Virus record (IMG/VR): IMGVR_UViG_3300032170_000078
Coordinates: 1 to 55,801 of that record
DNA length: 55,801 bases
Direction: 5' to 3' (one strand)
Origin: a virus
Lineage: Duplodnaviria; Caudoviricetes
Part shown: positions 25,137 through 34,332 of the stretch, in pieces
Layout of the letters: every line of letters begins with the position of its first letter
Position numbering within the stretch: the stretch's first letter is position 1
Notes under the pieces: model-generated
Database searches by the model: none
Seen by the model: only the letters and a program-made list of their open reading frames with translations
Told to the model about the DNA's origin: nothing
Made by a program: the position numbers and the translations under genes

Positions 25137-25783
25137 ATATATCAGAACTACCTTTTGTTATTCTCATAGCGGGAGCTACCATAGTGGGGCTCTACCTTAG
25201 TAACCTGATGTATGACTACCAAGTTCCTCAATACATTTCCCGAAAGATAGGACATGGAGTTGGGGGGATGGGCTACCTGCTCTCTGTGTTATTGTTCTCC
25301 ACCCCCTGGTGGCCCATATTTCTCTCGGGTGGATTTGCTCTTCTTCTTGGGGGAGCTAGATTTATAAGACCCTCCACATTTAGAGGGGTTGGAGGGGCTG
25401 GAAGGACCCACGCTTTGGCTGAAGTTTGGTTCCCTCTAGCAGGGACGTTATCTCTTGTTGTAGGTTGGGCCTGGTTAGGAAATCCCTGGCTGGCAGTAGT
25501 TCCGATTCTATTTATGGCTTGGGGAGATATGTTAACTGGCTTGATTAGGTCAAGGGTTTATGGGCGAGAGGTAAAAGGGAATTGGGGCAGTTTGGGAATG
25601 ATAGTAGCCTGTCTTCTTATCGGGGCACTGTTTACCCCTTACTGGATAGCGGCCGTTGGGGCAGTAGTAGCAACTGCTGTTGAGAAACATACTGGATTGT
25701 CGAGGACTTGGGTCGATGATAACTATACGATAATTGTCTCGAGCCTGATTGTTATGGGGGTGTTATGGAGATTCCTAAAGTAA
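25133..25783 (+). CDS. Phytol/dolichol (polyprenol) kinase-family membrane protein
   Basis: 'SRKIGH', 'MAWGD', 'KGNWGS', 'DDN' motifs; multiple TM segments. Confidence 0.8.
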   Translation: MNISELPFVILIAGATIVGLYLSNLMYDYQVPQYISRKIGHGVGGMGYLLSVLLFSTPWWPIFLSGGFALLLGGARFIRPSTFRGVGGAGRTHALAEVWFPLAGTLSLVVGWAWLGNPWLAVVPILFMAWGDMLTGLIRSRVYGREVKGNWGSLGMIVACLLIGALFTPYWIAAVGAVVATAVEKHTGLSRTWVDDNYTIIVSSLIVMGVLWRFLK

Positions 25784-26811
25784 TCTCAATAGGGTTCGCA
25801 GTTCCCCCTAACTCATATACCCAACGGGAGACGTTTGACTCCCTAGGGTATCCCCATCACTTTTGGCAGATCTTTAATGGGGCCGCAATAGATAAACGTC
25901 ACTTCTGGGTTTCAATGGGGACCAAACTCTCTTGGCAGGAGGCAGTAGAGGAATATAAGAAAGGAGCTATGTACCTTTCAAAAGAGGTTATAAAAGCCTG
26001 CTTAGATGAAAGGGACCTCTCTACATGTGGGAGCATCTCCTTTGCTTCTTGTACTGGATATGAATGCCCGAGTATAGTTCATTGGTTAGCGAAGGACCTA
26101 GGGTTTGCCCCTGATACCTGTTATGCTAGTATCCTGGGGATGGGCTGTGAGGGGGGTTATCCGGCTCTTAGGAGAGCTTATGACTACACCATAGCCCACC
26201 AAAGGCCTTCACTGGCAGTGAGCTGTGAGATCTGCAGTGTATGTCATTTCCCCGAGGACGGTCCACACCCTGATAAGACCAGGGACTACGAGCTCCTTAG
26301 AGCTAATGCTATCTTTGGAGATGGAGCCTCGTCAGTCCTCATTGGGTTCGATGACAATCCGAAGCATCCTTATGTTATTGACTTTGAAAGTTACTTTGAC
26401 CCTGATAACATGAAGCACCTGGGCTTCCTCTGGCAGGATGGGAGGCTACGTTGCTTGTTATCCCGCCAGATACCCAAGATTGTTCCGGGACTGGTAGAAA
26501 TAGCCCTTAAGAAGATATTCCAAAGGAATGAATTGGGGGCTGATGATATACGGTGGTGGGTAGTTCATCCCGGAGGTAAGGCAGTTCTTGATAATCTAAG
26601 AGATCAGCTTGGCTTGCCTGAAGAAAAGCTGTCTATATCAAGGGAAGCTCTTAGGCTTTACGGTAACTGCTCATCCTCTTCCATAGGTATAGTTGGTAAG
26701 CTGTTAATGTCCGAGGATATCTGTCCAAATGATTACATTGTGGTTGTTAGCCTTGGAGCTGGGTTAGCTGTTGGGGCAACATTATTAAGGTTTCCAGGAG
26801 GTGAAACATAA
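25765..26811 (+). CDS. Type III polyketide synthase (chalcone/alkylresorcinol synthase family)
   Basis: Cys (GMGCEGG), His (HPGG), Asn (GNCSS) triad; 'FGDGA'; 'LGAGL'. Confidence 0.92.
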   Translation: MEIPKVISIGFAVPPNSYTQRETFDSLGYPHHFWQIFNGAAIDKRHFWVSMGTKLSWQEAVEEYKKGAMYLSKEVIKACLDERDLSTCGSISFASCTGYECPSIVHWLAKDLGFAPDTCYASILGMGCEGGYPALRRAYDYTIAHQRPSLAVSCEICSVCHFPEDGPHPDKTRDYELLRANAIFGDGASSVLIGFDDNPKHPYVIDFESYFDPDNMKHLGFLWQDGRLRCLLSRQIPKIVPGLVEIALKKIFQRNELGADDIRWWVVHPGGKAVLDNLRDQLGLPEEKLSISREALRLYGNCSSSSIGIVGKLLMSEDICPNDYIVVVSLGAGLAVGATLLRFPGGET

Positions 26812-27077
26812 TGAACTTCTTACCTAAAGGCCCATGGGATAACCTAAGGAGGAAAGTGGAGCGAGCACTTGACCTACCTCTGGGTTCTACCGATCCCAAT
26901 AGTAGCATTATAGAGGATCTGAAAAAGAGCCATGAGGAGGAGATGAAAGCAATGGGGGATTATGCCTCAAGAGCAGGAAGAGCCAGAAGAGCTGGAAGGG
27001 AAGATATTGCCCAAATGTATGAACATCTTATGGAAGAAGAACGACATCATCTTAGTGAGATTTTGGAGAAGATGTGA
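26811..27077 (+). CDS. Ferritin-like/rubrerythrin half-domain protein
   Basis: E..A...Y and EE.HH di-iron-type motifs. Confidence 0.6.
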   Translation: MNFLPKGPWDNLRRKVERALDLPLGSTDPNSSIIEDLKKSHEEEMKAMGDYASRAGRARRAGREDIAQMYEHLMEEERHHLSEILEKM

Positions 27078-27976
27078 TGAATAAGTTAAAGATTCACCTG
27101 TTTACACTTCCTCGATGGTTCGCAGCACCATTCTTCGGCTCTAGCCTTATGATGGGAGTAATTCTAGCTGGAGGTGACTTCGCAACCGTCTACCCCTGGG
27201 TGGGCCTCATAGCGGGTCTGTTAATAATGGCTGGGGGCCACTCCTTTAACAGTTACCTTGATTACGCTTGGACGGGGTTGGATAAAGGAGAACTAGGAGA
27301 TCGTAGTGCTGAGAAGAGCTATACGGGTGGACAGGGCGTTATAGCGAGTGGACTAGTTACTACTAGAGAAGTCCTATATAACGCGATAGGCTGGTATGTT
27401 ATAAGCTTAATTCCATTATTATTCCTTGCCATCAAGGTAGGTCCTTTTATTCTCCTTATGGCTTTTCTTGGGATGTTAATAACTTTCTGGTATGTTAAAG
27501 CTAAGTTTAACTACACACATGAATTGGCTTTGGGAACTGGAGTAGGCCCTATAGCACTTCTCCTTGGGATGTTTTCAGTAAGTGGAAGTCCACCTTGGGT
27601 AACAGGTTTAGTGGCCAGTGTCCCTATAGCAATGATCCTATCCTTCGCGGGTCTTGCCCTTGATGAGTGGCCGGATGCCGAAGCCAACCTCAAGAAAGGT
27701 GTGAAAAGTATAGCCTATAAAGTTTGGGAATACAAAGTGGACCTGGGCAGTTACCTAGCCTGGTGGATTGGGGCTATGTACGTATACCAAGTCTTCCTAA
27801 TTTCCATAGGTATACTTGCTCCACTTACTGGGATTACCTTTATCCTGTTGCCTGTTTTCTTTGGACTTTCGGTTATGCTAAAGGGTGAGTTTGAGAAGTT
27901 TGCCCCACTGTATGTTATTGTCGGAGGCCTTTACCCGATGTTATTGGTTGTGGGTCAGGCCCTAGGAGGTGGATAA
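27074..27976 (+). CDS. UbiA-superfamily (MenA-like) prenyltransferase
   Basis: NSYLDYAWTGLD and DEWPDAEANLKKGVKS motifs; many TM helices. Confidence 0.85.
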   Translation: MMNKLKIHLFTLPRWFAAPFFGSSLMMGVILAGGDFATVYPWVGLIAGLLIMAGGHSFNSYLDYAWTGLDKGELGDRSAEKSYTGGQGVIASGLVTTREVLYNAIGWYVISLIPLLFLAIKVGPFILLMAFLGMLITFWYVKAKFNYTHELALGTGVGPIALLLGMFSVSGSPPWVTGLVASVPIAMILSFAGLALDEWPDAEANLKKGVKSIAYKVWEYKVDLGSYLAWWIGAMYVYQVFLISIGILAPLTGITFILLPVFFGLSVMLKGEFEKFAPLYVIVGGLYPMLLVVGQALGGG

Positions 27977-28185
27977 TGCCGAATGTGGGGGACTACATGC
28001 CAGCGAAACCTCCTTTTCCACCTCTCCCAAAAAAGTTTACTGGGAGGGCTATAAAGATAGTTACTGTTCCAGGGGGTTCTAGATGGGAATGTAGTCTTTG
28101 CGGTAGGCCCTTGAAAGGTGGGGAAACTGCAGGTAAACTTGGAAAGATTGTATTATGTTCTGAATGCGTAAGGAAAGGGAAGTAA
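27976..28185 (+). CDS. PPLPK-motif plus Zn-finger small protein
   Basis: PPFPPLPKK; CSLCG...LCSEC. Confidence 0.55.
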   Translation: MPNVGDYMPAKPPFPPLPKKFTGRAIKIVTVPGGSRWECSLCGRPLKGGETAGKLGKIVLCSECVRKGK

Positions 28186-28223
28186 GGGATGCCAGAATTA
28201 CCAGAACAGGGGGTAACGAGCTA

Positions 28224-28559
28224 ATGAATGTCCTAACGATGTTGGTTAATTCCATTGGGAAGGCAGCTGCTGATGTCACCTACCAACCTGGGGCCCTTCA
28301 ACCGTGGGTGGATGAGATAGAGTCCAAGGTGGTTGCTGATGGGAAGTTCACTAAGTCAGAGGTGCTCTACTTACCTTTTTCTCCCCCACCCGTCTTCTGG
28401 GACTATAAGTGTAAGAAATGTAGATGGTGGGAACCTCCTAATGGATGTAAAACTGTAGAGAGTGAGATATCTCCTCGAGCCTGGTGTGCCATCTGGGTTC
28501 CACCTTCTACCTACAAGCCCTTTACATGGTTTCAAGAACTAATTAAAGGAGAGTGGTGA
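28224..28559 (+). CDS. HiPIP-like [4Fe-4S] protein
   Basis: KCKKCRWW...CKTVE.EISPRAWCAIW matches HiPIP Cys/Trp spacing. Confidence 0.65.
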   Translation: MNVLTMLVNSIGKAAADVTYQPGALQPWVDEIESKVVADGKFTKSEVLYLPFSPPPVFWDYKCKKCRWWEPPNGCKTVESEISPRAWCAIWVPPSTYKPFTWFQELIKGEW

Positions 28560-28560
28560 G

Positions 28561-29598
28561 ATGAATAAACAATTAGGATTTATACCGGAGCTTATGCCTA
28601 TTAATATGGGGCCGCCATTACCAAAGTCAATGGGAATATACTGGCCGTGGTATAAACCGCCAGAAGTACCTGTGGTAGAGGCTCCACCTGTGGTAGTTTA
28701 CCCACCTGTGACTTATCCACCTGTAGCGCCACCGGTTGTTGCTTATCCTCCAGTGGCTCCACCAGTAGCTCCGCCTGTGGTAGTGTACCCACCGGTAGCC
28801 GTACCTGAAGCTCCACCTCCCGCTGCCCTCTACGTGTGCCCCGCATGTGGTGCGCAGTTTGCCGACCTAAGTGACCTGTATACCCATATAGAGGAAGTGC
28901 ATCCAGAGGCTCCGCCGGAAATTCCCATAGAGGTCTTTACTTGCCCCACATGTGGACTTCCGTTTTCCACCTTTGGGGAGCTACAAGCCCACATAGCAGA
29001 GGCTCATCCTCCAGAATTTAGTGTTACTGCCTTAGCCTATCCTCCTGGAGGTGGGACTGTAACTGTAAGTGTAGGTGGGTCCCCATATAAATTGGGTGAG
29101 AGGGTAATTCTAACTGCCATACCAAGTCCTGGCTACGAATTTAGTCACTGGGAAGGGATACCAGGCCTTCCAACTGATTTAACATACCGCTTCCCAATAG
29201 ATCGGGATATGATTGTAACAGGGGTGTTTAAGCTATTGGAAGAGCTTCCGCCTGAGGTTCCTATGCCTCCTGAAGTCCCTGAAGTACCTGAAGTACCACC
29301 AAGGGTCAGTATTTCAATAACTGCACCTGACAGCGCTAAAGCACGTGAGACGGTTATTGTAGATGTCAAGACGACGAATTTCATGGGGGAAAGTTATGAT
29401 TTGGGGACTGAGCTATCCGTCAATGCCATCCCTATTCTGCGCATTTCTGAAGCCTTCTCAGGTGGACAATCCAAAACTTATACTTCGTCCTTTTCCATGA
29501 CTGAGGTTCCTGCTTCTCTTGTTGCCGTAGTGAAGTATAAGACTGATACCCTTTGGGTTCCTATTGGTTCAGCTAGGAAGACGGTCATGCCACAATAA
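28561..29598 (+). CDS. Pro-rich protein with two C2H2 fingers, an InlB B-repeat-like domain and an Ig-like domain
   Basis: YPPV repeats; CPACG..HIEEVH and CPTCG..HIAEAH; 'LTAIPSPGYEFSHWEG'. Confidence 0.7.
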   Translation: MNKQLGFIPELMPINMGPPLPKSMGIYWPWYKPPEVPVVEAPPVVVYPPVTYPPVAPPVVAYPPVAPPVAPPVVVYPPVAVPEAPPPAALYVCPACGAQFADLSDLYTHIEEVHPEAPPEIPIEVFTCPTCGLPFSTFGELQAHIAEAHPPEFSVTALAYPPGGGTVTVSVGGSPYKLGERVILTAIPSPGYEFSHWEGIPGLPTDLTYRFPIDRDMIVTGVFKLLEELPPEVPMPPEVPEVPEVPPRVSISITAPDSAKARETVIVDVKTTNFMGESYDLGTELSVNAIPILRISEAFSGGQSKTYTSSFSMTEVPASLVAVVKYKTDTLWVPIGSARKTVMPQ

Positions 29599-29616
29599 AG
29601 TAAAAGGAGATGGGTA

Positions 29617-29934
29617 ATGGCTTTTCCACCAGATCCGGAAGAAATACGTTTGAGGTTGCTTAGTATCCTAAAGCCACCTGTTCACCCGCGGGTCTGGATG
29701 AGACGCCGAGGGGAAGAAATTGGCCTTCTAAGGAGAAGACGCAAGGCTCCGGCAATTATGGGTAGTAAAATGATCTGGCCTTACAGAATAGTTTGGAGGG
29801 AATCTCTAGGTGGAAGGGGAGTAATAAAGGTCCTTAAGGAAGAAAGGGCTGTTGGGACGATTTCGTATATTGAGAGGAGTGAAAGAGTGAACCTAGTGAG
29901 ATTATTGGAGACAATTATTAGGGGTGAGAAATGA
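29617..29934 (+). CDS. Basic hypothetical protein
   Basis: AAGGAG RBS; Arg-rich. Confidence 0.55.
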   Translation: MAFPPDPEEIRLRLLSILKPPVHPRVWMRRRGEEIGLLRRRRKAPAIMGSKMIWPYRIVWRESLGGRGVIKVLKEERAVGTISYIERSERVNLVRLLETIIRGEK

Positions 29935-30866
29935 GAGTCCTACTTACTGGGGCGTCGGGGTTTCTCGGGTCAGCCTTGACCCCCAAGTTAATAGCCGGAG
30001 GAGATACCGTCTACGGCCTATCAAGGCATCCTCCTGAGGCCGCCAAAAGCCTAATACCTCTTGTTGGAGACATTGTCAAGCCAAATCTGGGTCTAGATGA
30101 AGCTCCCAAGAACATCAAAGCCGTTTACCACCTAGCTGCTATTCATCGCCTAGGAGGAGATAAAGACGGCAATATTTGGGAGACTAATGTAACTGGAACT
30201 AAAAACGTTATCGACTTCTGTCTGAACTACGACATTAAGAGACTCTACTTCTGCTCCACTGCCTATGCCATAGGAGAAGGACGTAACGTTTATGAGAAGT
30301 CCAAGATCCTATGTGAGAAGATGGTTCGAGAGTCTAGTATTCCCCATGTTATTATCCTTAAGCCCTCAGTAGTTATGGGGACTAAGGAACATCCTTATCC
30401 TGGCCATTTCTCCCAGTTCATAGCTTTAGTAATAAAACTTCATCAACGTGCGGAGCTTATTCGTAGGAAGATAGAGGGAACTCTGAGCTTACCTGTTCTT
30501 GAGCCGGTATTCAGGGTCAGAGGAAATCCAAATGGTTACTTAAACCTTGTTGGGATAGATGATGTGGTTAAGGGAATGGCTAGGATTAGGAATGCTGGTA
30601 CCTACTGGCTTACCAATCCCCACCCTCCTACCCTTCAACAGCTTTTTAATTGGGTTGGAGAATTTATTCTCCTTGATATGAGATTCACCCAGAAGCCTTT
30701 TAGGGCCCAGCCAATAGAATTAGCTTTTCAGAAAATGGCTGCTGTCTTTGAACCTTACTTATTGGGAGACAGCTTCTCTAGCCACCTTAGGGGCTGCCTC
30801 CCAATTACCAAGGAGCTTATTCATGAGGTTGTTAAAAACCTTCTTACTATTGACAAAGTTAAATAA
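29931..30866 (+). CDS. Extended SDR (NAD_binding_4 / acyl-thioester reductase-like)
   Basis: TGASGFLG, 'GDIVKPNLGL', HLAA, NVTGT, YEKSK. Confidence 0.8.
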   Translation: MRVLLTGASGFLGSALTPKLIAGGDTVYGLSRHPPEAAKSLIPLVGDIVKPNLGLDEAPKNIKAVYHLAAIHRLGGDKDGNIWETNVTGTKNVIDFCLNYDIKRLYFCSTAYAIGEGRNVYEKSKILCEKMVRESSIPHVIILKPSVVMGTKEHPYPGHFSQFIALVIKLHQRAELIRRKIEGTLSLPVLEPVFRVRGNPNGYLNLVGIDDVVKGMARIRNAGTYWLTNPHPPTLQQLFNWVGEFILLDMRFTQKPFRAQPIELAFQKMAAVFEPYLLGDSFSSHLRGCLPITKELIHEVVKNLLTIDKVK

Positions 30867-30878
30867 AAGGTCTATAAT
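30850..30878 (+). promoter_or_regulatory. sigma70 promoter (perfect consensus)
   Basis: TTGACA-N17-TATAAT. Confidence 0.8.
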
Positions 30879-30902
30879 AAGTAACAAGTGGAGGTAAAGG
30901 CT

Positions 30903-31253
30903 ATGAACTGGAAGGATCTACTTCAGGATATAGCTAAAACAGGCCCTACTAATGTTAAAAAACTGATGGATGTAGCTGAGCATCTACCTACTGACTCCAC
31001 CCTTCAAAAGCTCAATACCACTGTCAATGATCTTATCCCTTATATTCCTCGGCTTGAAAAGATCTTAGGAGACAGTAACATCAAAAACATGGAAAGGCTC
31101 TTGAAGAAGATGCCTGATGCTAAGACTCTAGACCGTTTAAGTAATGCCCTCCCGATGTTAGAAAAGCTTCCTGATAAACAAACTCTTAACCAACTCCTTG
31201 ATAAGGCGGACTCTTTGAAGGGGCTCTTGGACTCACTAGAAAAGGAAAGCTAA
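30903..31253 (+). CDS. Helical repeat protein
   Basis: Repeats HLPTDSTLQKL / KMPDAKTLDRL / KLPDKQTLNQL. Confidence 0.6.
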   Translation: MNWKDLLQDIAKTGPTNVKKLMDVAEHLPTDSTLQKLNTTVNDLIPYIPRLEKILGDSNIKNMERLLKKMPDAKTLDRLSNALPMLEKLPDKQTLNQLLDKADSLKGLLDSLEKES

Positions 31254-31483
31254 TGAATAACGATGACTTTTTTCAGAGGATGACCAAGGAAGCTATGGAG
31301 GAGCTCGCTTCCGGAAAGAGGTCCTGGAAAGAAATTGACACCAACACCCTTTTCTTGGCCTGTGTCGGGATGGTATATAATCGTCTGTCCCATAAGATAA
31401 CTAAACCCCTTTGGTTCTTTGTCTCTGTGGCTGCTGCTGGGGTGATTTGGATGATTGTTAGTAAGGTTTTAGGTATAGGTTAA
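31253..31483 (+). CDS. Small membrane protein
   Basis: C-terminal hydrophobic helix. Confidence 0.6.
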   Translation: MNNDDFFQRMTKEAMEELASGKRSWKEIDTNTLFLACVGMVYNRLSHKITKPLWFFVSVAAAGVIWMIVSKVLGIG

Positions 31484-31499
31484 ATGGTTAGAGGTGGAA

Positions 31500-31823
31500 A
31501 TGGCTAAGGTGTTCTTCCAAGTTAGAGAAGTTCCTACTCCTTTTGGGAAGGTTAATTTACCAGCTATGGAAGTTCCAAGGCGGGGGCTCCCACATGTTGA
31601 TGAGCGTAGGAGGAGGGCAGTTAGGCACGCTGTGGCTACGGATCTTACGGGAGTACTTGGTCTTATACCTTGGGTGGGAGGTCTCGTTGGTGGGCAGTTA
31701 GGGGACTTGCATTTTGCGGAGATGAAGAAGATCTTAACCTCTCGGGAATTGGACAATTACATTAAGGCTGATAAGCAAATACCTTCCAATGGATTAGCTT
31801 TGCTTTATAGCTTTGTGAAGTGA
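31500..31823 (+). CDS. Hypothetical membrane-associated protein
   Basis: 'GVLGLIPWVGGLVGG' hydrophobic hairpin. Confidence 0.55.
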   Translation: MAKVFFQVREVPTPFGKVNLPAMEVPRRGLPHVDERRRRAVRHAVATDLTGVLGLIPWVGGLVGGQLGDLHFAEMKKILTSRELDNYIKADKQIPSNGLALLYSFVK

Positions 31824-31827
31824 AAAG

Positions 31828-32055
31828 ATGAGAGAGGCATTAAGGGAGATAAGGTGGACAAAAGCTGCTGAGAAGTTAGTGAGGCTTCCGGGGGTATCCC
31901 CCGAGGTGGTTGGGAGTTTGCTTGCGGATGCCTTTCAGCCTATATTTATCTTCGATAGGGGAATTGAAAGGGCAGCTAAGTTAAGACAGCGTGCCGAGGC
32001 TAGAAGAAGACTTCGGGAAATGATAGAGGAGAGACTGGGAGTTAGTCTTCCTTAA
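31828..32055 (+). CDS. Hypothetical protein
   Basis: ORF in operon. Confidence 0.5.
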   Translation: MREALREIRWTKAAEKLVRLPGVSPEVVGSLLADAFQPIFIFDRGIERAAKLRQRAEARRRLREMIEERLGVSLP

Positions 32056-32065
32056 GGGGGATAAT

Positions 32066-33457
32066 ATGCCCAAGATTAATCCGTGGTTGGAAGAGAGGAT
32101 ACCGACAGCCGAAGCCAGAGGCTCCACACTACGGTATATTGTTGAGGTAGAGCCTGGGACTAGAGAGGCCGTTGTGAGGCAGTTGGGCCCGATTCCTAAT
32201 CTCAATGTGATCTCCCGACCCGCAAATAACTACATCGTTATCTATGGCCCATCAGTGGTCCTTCCACATGTAGAGGCGATCCCAGAAGTTGTTAAGGTCT
32301 CGGCCGATACTTTAGTTTACATAAAGTCCCCCCTCCCATTTCTTGGTCTTCCTACTCCCGCAGAAACCTTTAGACCTCCTTCTCAATTTGACCCGTATGT
32401 GGGCCTTATCCACCTTTCCGAAATTGAAATACCCGTAGGTCCTGCACCAGCCCTTATAAGGTCCTTAGCGAGGCCATTAACTCTCAATAAGATACATATC
32501 TACACTACAGTAACTCAAAGGGAATTTATAGGGGCCCCAAAGGATAATAAGATTGGGATAAAGTGTGCAGTGGCTGATACTGGTGTTGGGGTTGTTCCAC
32601 ATCTTCTCCATCCAAATACCCACATTGAGCCTCACAGTACCGTACCTGGCGAATTACCTTGGGATGGCCAAGGTCATGGGACCTGGTGTATTACCTGTGC
32701 TTTTGGGGATGACGCAAGACATCCCAAATGGGGTAAGTGTGATGGGATTTCAGACCCAAGTAGTGTAGTCTCTATTAAATGTCTCAGTAACATGGGATTT
32801 GGAATGACTAGTTGGGTCCTAGAGGCAATTTCTCAGGCACATAAGCGTGGAGCCAGGGTTCTCTCAATGTCCTTAGGCGGTCCTCTTCAAGGTTCGGCCA
32901 TAGATGATGACCCTGAATGTAGACTGATTAACGAACTAAGGGATGAGATGATAGTGGTAGTGGCAGCTGGGAATGACGGGACCGAGTGGAGTGTTGGCTC
33001 TCCTGGGGCTTCTCCCCATGCTCTTACAGTTGGAGCTTGGTCAATGACTGATGATGGTCTGTCTTGGTTTAGTTCCCGAGGTCCCTCTGGGGAGTTCTAT
33101 AGAGAGCATCCAGATGTTTGGGGAAAGGACTTTGCTGTTGTTAGGAATGACCTGATAAAGCCCGACGTTTGCTGCCCAGGGGGTGGAAGGGTTAACAGTG
33201 AGGACCTTGACGAGCAAATACTCAGTGGATGTAGTGGATGGTTTGACCCTTATGGGGATCCAGTACCTGGGTTCGCAGTTATGAAGGGTACTTCAATGGC
33301 AACCCCTGCTTGTGCAGGACTTGTTGCTCTTGCAGTGGATCGAGGGATAATAGGAACTGCTGCAGACGTTAAGGGAATTATGTCTAAGTATCAGACTAAG
33401 GATTCAGATATAGGCTATGGCTTACTTACCTGGCCCAGGCTAATGAATCTTGAGTGA
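32066..33457 (+). CDS. Subtilisin-like S8 serine protease with N-terminal propeptide-like domain
   Basis: ADTG (Asp), GHGT (His), AAGNDG (oxyanion), GTSMATP (Ser); no signal peptide evident. Confidence 0.92.
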   Translation: MPKINPWLEERIPTAEARGSTLRYIVEVEPGTREAVVRQLGPIPNLNVISRPANNYIVIYGPSVVLPHVEAIPEVVKVSADTLVYIKSPLPFLGLPTPAETFRPPSQFDPYVGLIHLSEIEIPVGPAPALIRSLARPLTLNKIHIYTTVTQREFIGAPKDNKIGIKCAVADTGVGVVPHLLHPNTHIEPHSTVPGELPWDGQGHGTWCITCAFGDDARHPKWGKCDGISDPSSVVSIKCLSNMGFGMTSWVLEAISQAHKRGARVLSMSLGGPLQGSAIDDDPECRLINELRDEMIVVVAAGNDGTEWSVGSPGASPHALTVGAWSMTDDGLSWFSSRGPSGEFYREHPDVWGKDFAVVRNDLIKPDVCCPGGGRVNSEDLDEQILSGCSGWFDPYGDPVPGFAVMKGTSMATPACAGLVALAVDRGIIGTAADVKGIMSKYQTKDSDIGYGLLTWPRLMNLE

Positions 33458-33493
33458 AAGGGGGTGAGGCTATAAAATAAACTTTCTCAATCC

Positions 33494-33522
33494 TTGACAA
33501 GGGTAAATAATTGTGGTAGAAT
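33494..33522 (+). promoter_or_regulatory. sigma70-type promoter of the putative structural operon
   Basis: TTGACA-N17-TAGAAT. Confidence 0.8.
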
Positions 33523-33552
33523 ACTAATGTACAGATAACCGGAGGTGAGATT

Positions 33553-33912
33553 ATGGTAGGTCCTAGATTACCAGATATTCCTGATCCAACAAAGATAGCT
33601 CAGTCCGGAGCTGAAGCTGCCAAGGCAGTGGCCCAGGGGGTAGCTGGGGCTGGATTTGACGTAGCCGCGGGGGTAGAACAGATTCTCTTTAATACCATAG
33701 AAGGAAGTATTCGTGCCCTTGCGGGTGGCGCTACCGATATCGTTAATATGGTGAAAGGCGACGTCAGTGCCGGGAAGACTACTATAGAGAAGGTTAGGTC
33801 TGATATTGACCGGGCCGGCAATAGCGTCCTTTCCCAAGTGGACCAAGCTATTGGTCAGGAGATAGTAAGAAAGTTTAAATCCGAAGTAGAGAGGCAGTTA
33901 GGACAATTCTAG
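33553..33912 (+). CDS. Amphipathic helical protein (putative virion/membrane protein)
   Basis: Ala/Gly-rich amphipathic helices; GGAGGTGA RBS. Confidence 0.55.
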   Translation: MVGPRLPDIPDPTKIAQSGAEAAKAVAQGVAGAGFDVAAGVEQILFNTIEGSIRALAGGATDIVNMVKGDVSAGKTTIEKVRSDIDRAGNSVLSQVDQAIGQEIVRKFKSEVERQLGQF

Positions 33913-33942
33913 CATTAACACATTAACGTAAGGAGGTGAAAT

Positions 33943-34290
33943 ATGCCTACTCTTCCAAATATTCTAGTCAGACAGGCTATGGTACCTGCGAATATCGAAA
34001 AGGGTATGCCTGCACTACCCAAGCTCTCCCAGGCACTGAGTCAGCTGGCAGTGGCCTTGCCAGCAGGTCCCATGCTCCCCGAGGTTCCTGTGGTAGCAGA
34101 GGCTGTTCCTACTGCTGAGCCCTTTGCACAAGTGATCAGGGGCTTTGAGGATGTTCTGCCTGAGGGGGCCCCCAAGCTCTCCGAAGGCATCCAGGCCTTT
34201 GCTATGGGGGGTTATAGGCCTGTAGAGAAGGAGAAACCCCCAAAGGTTGCCTATAGAGTTATGGGAAGCGGTTATAGGTCGATAAGTTAA
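33943..34290 (+). CDS. Pro/Ala-rich protein
   Basis: Internal repeats P(A)LPKLS / GAPKLS and MG.GYR twice. Confidence 0.6.
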   Translation: MPTLPNILVRQAMVPANIEKGMPALPKLSQALSQLAVALPAGPMLPEVPVVAEAVPTAEPFAQVIRGFEDVLPEGAPKLSEGIQAFAMGGYRPVEKEKPPKVAYRVMGSGYRSIS

Positions 34291-34332
34291 GGGCTATTAA
34301 GTAACTAAAGAAAAAGTAAGGAGGTAAAAGGA

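Noticed and set aside
26811-27077. Encapsulin system with ferritin-like cargo
   Set aside because: No HK97-fold encapsulin shell gene is recognisable in the window.
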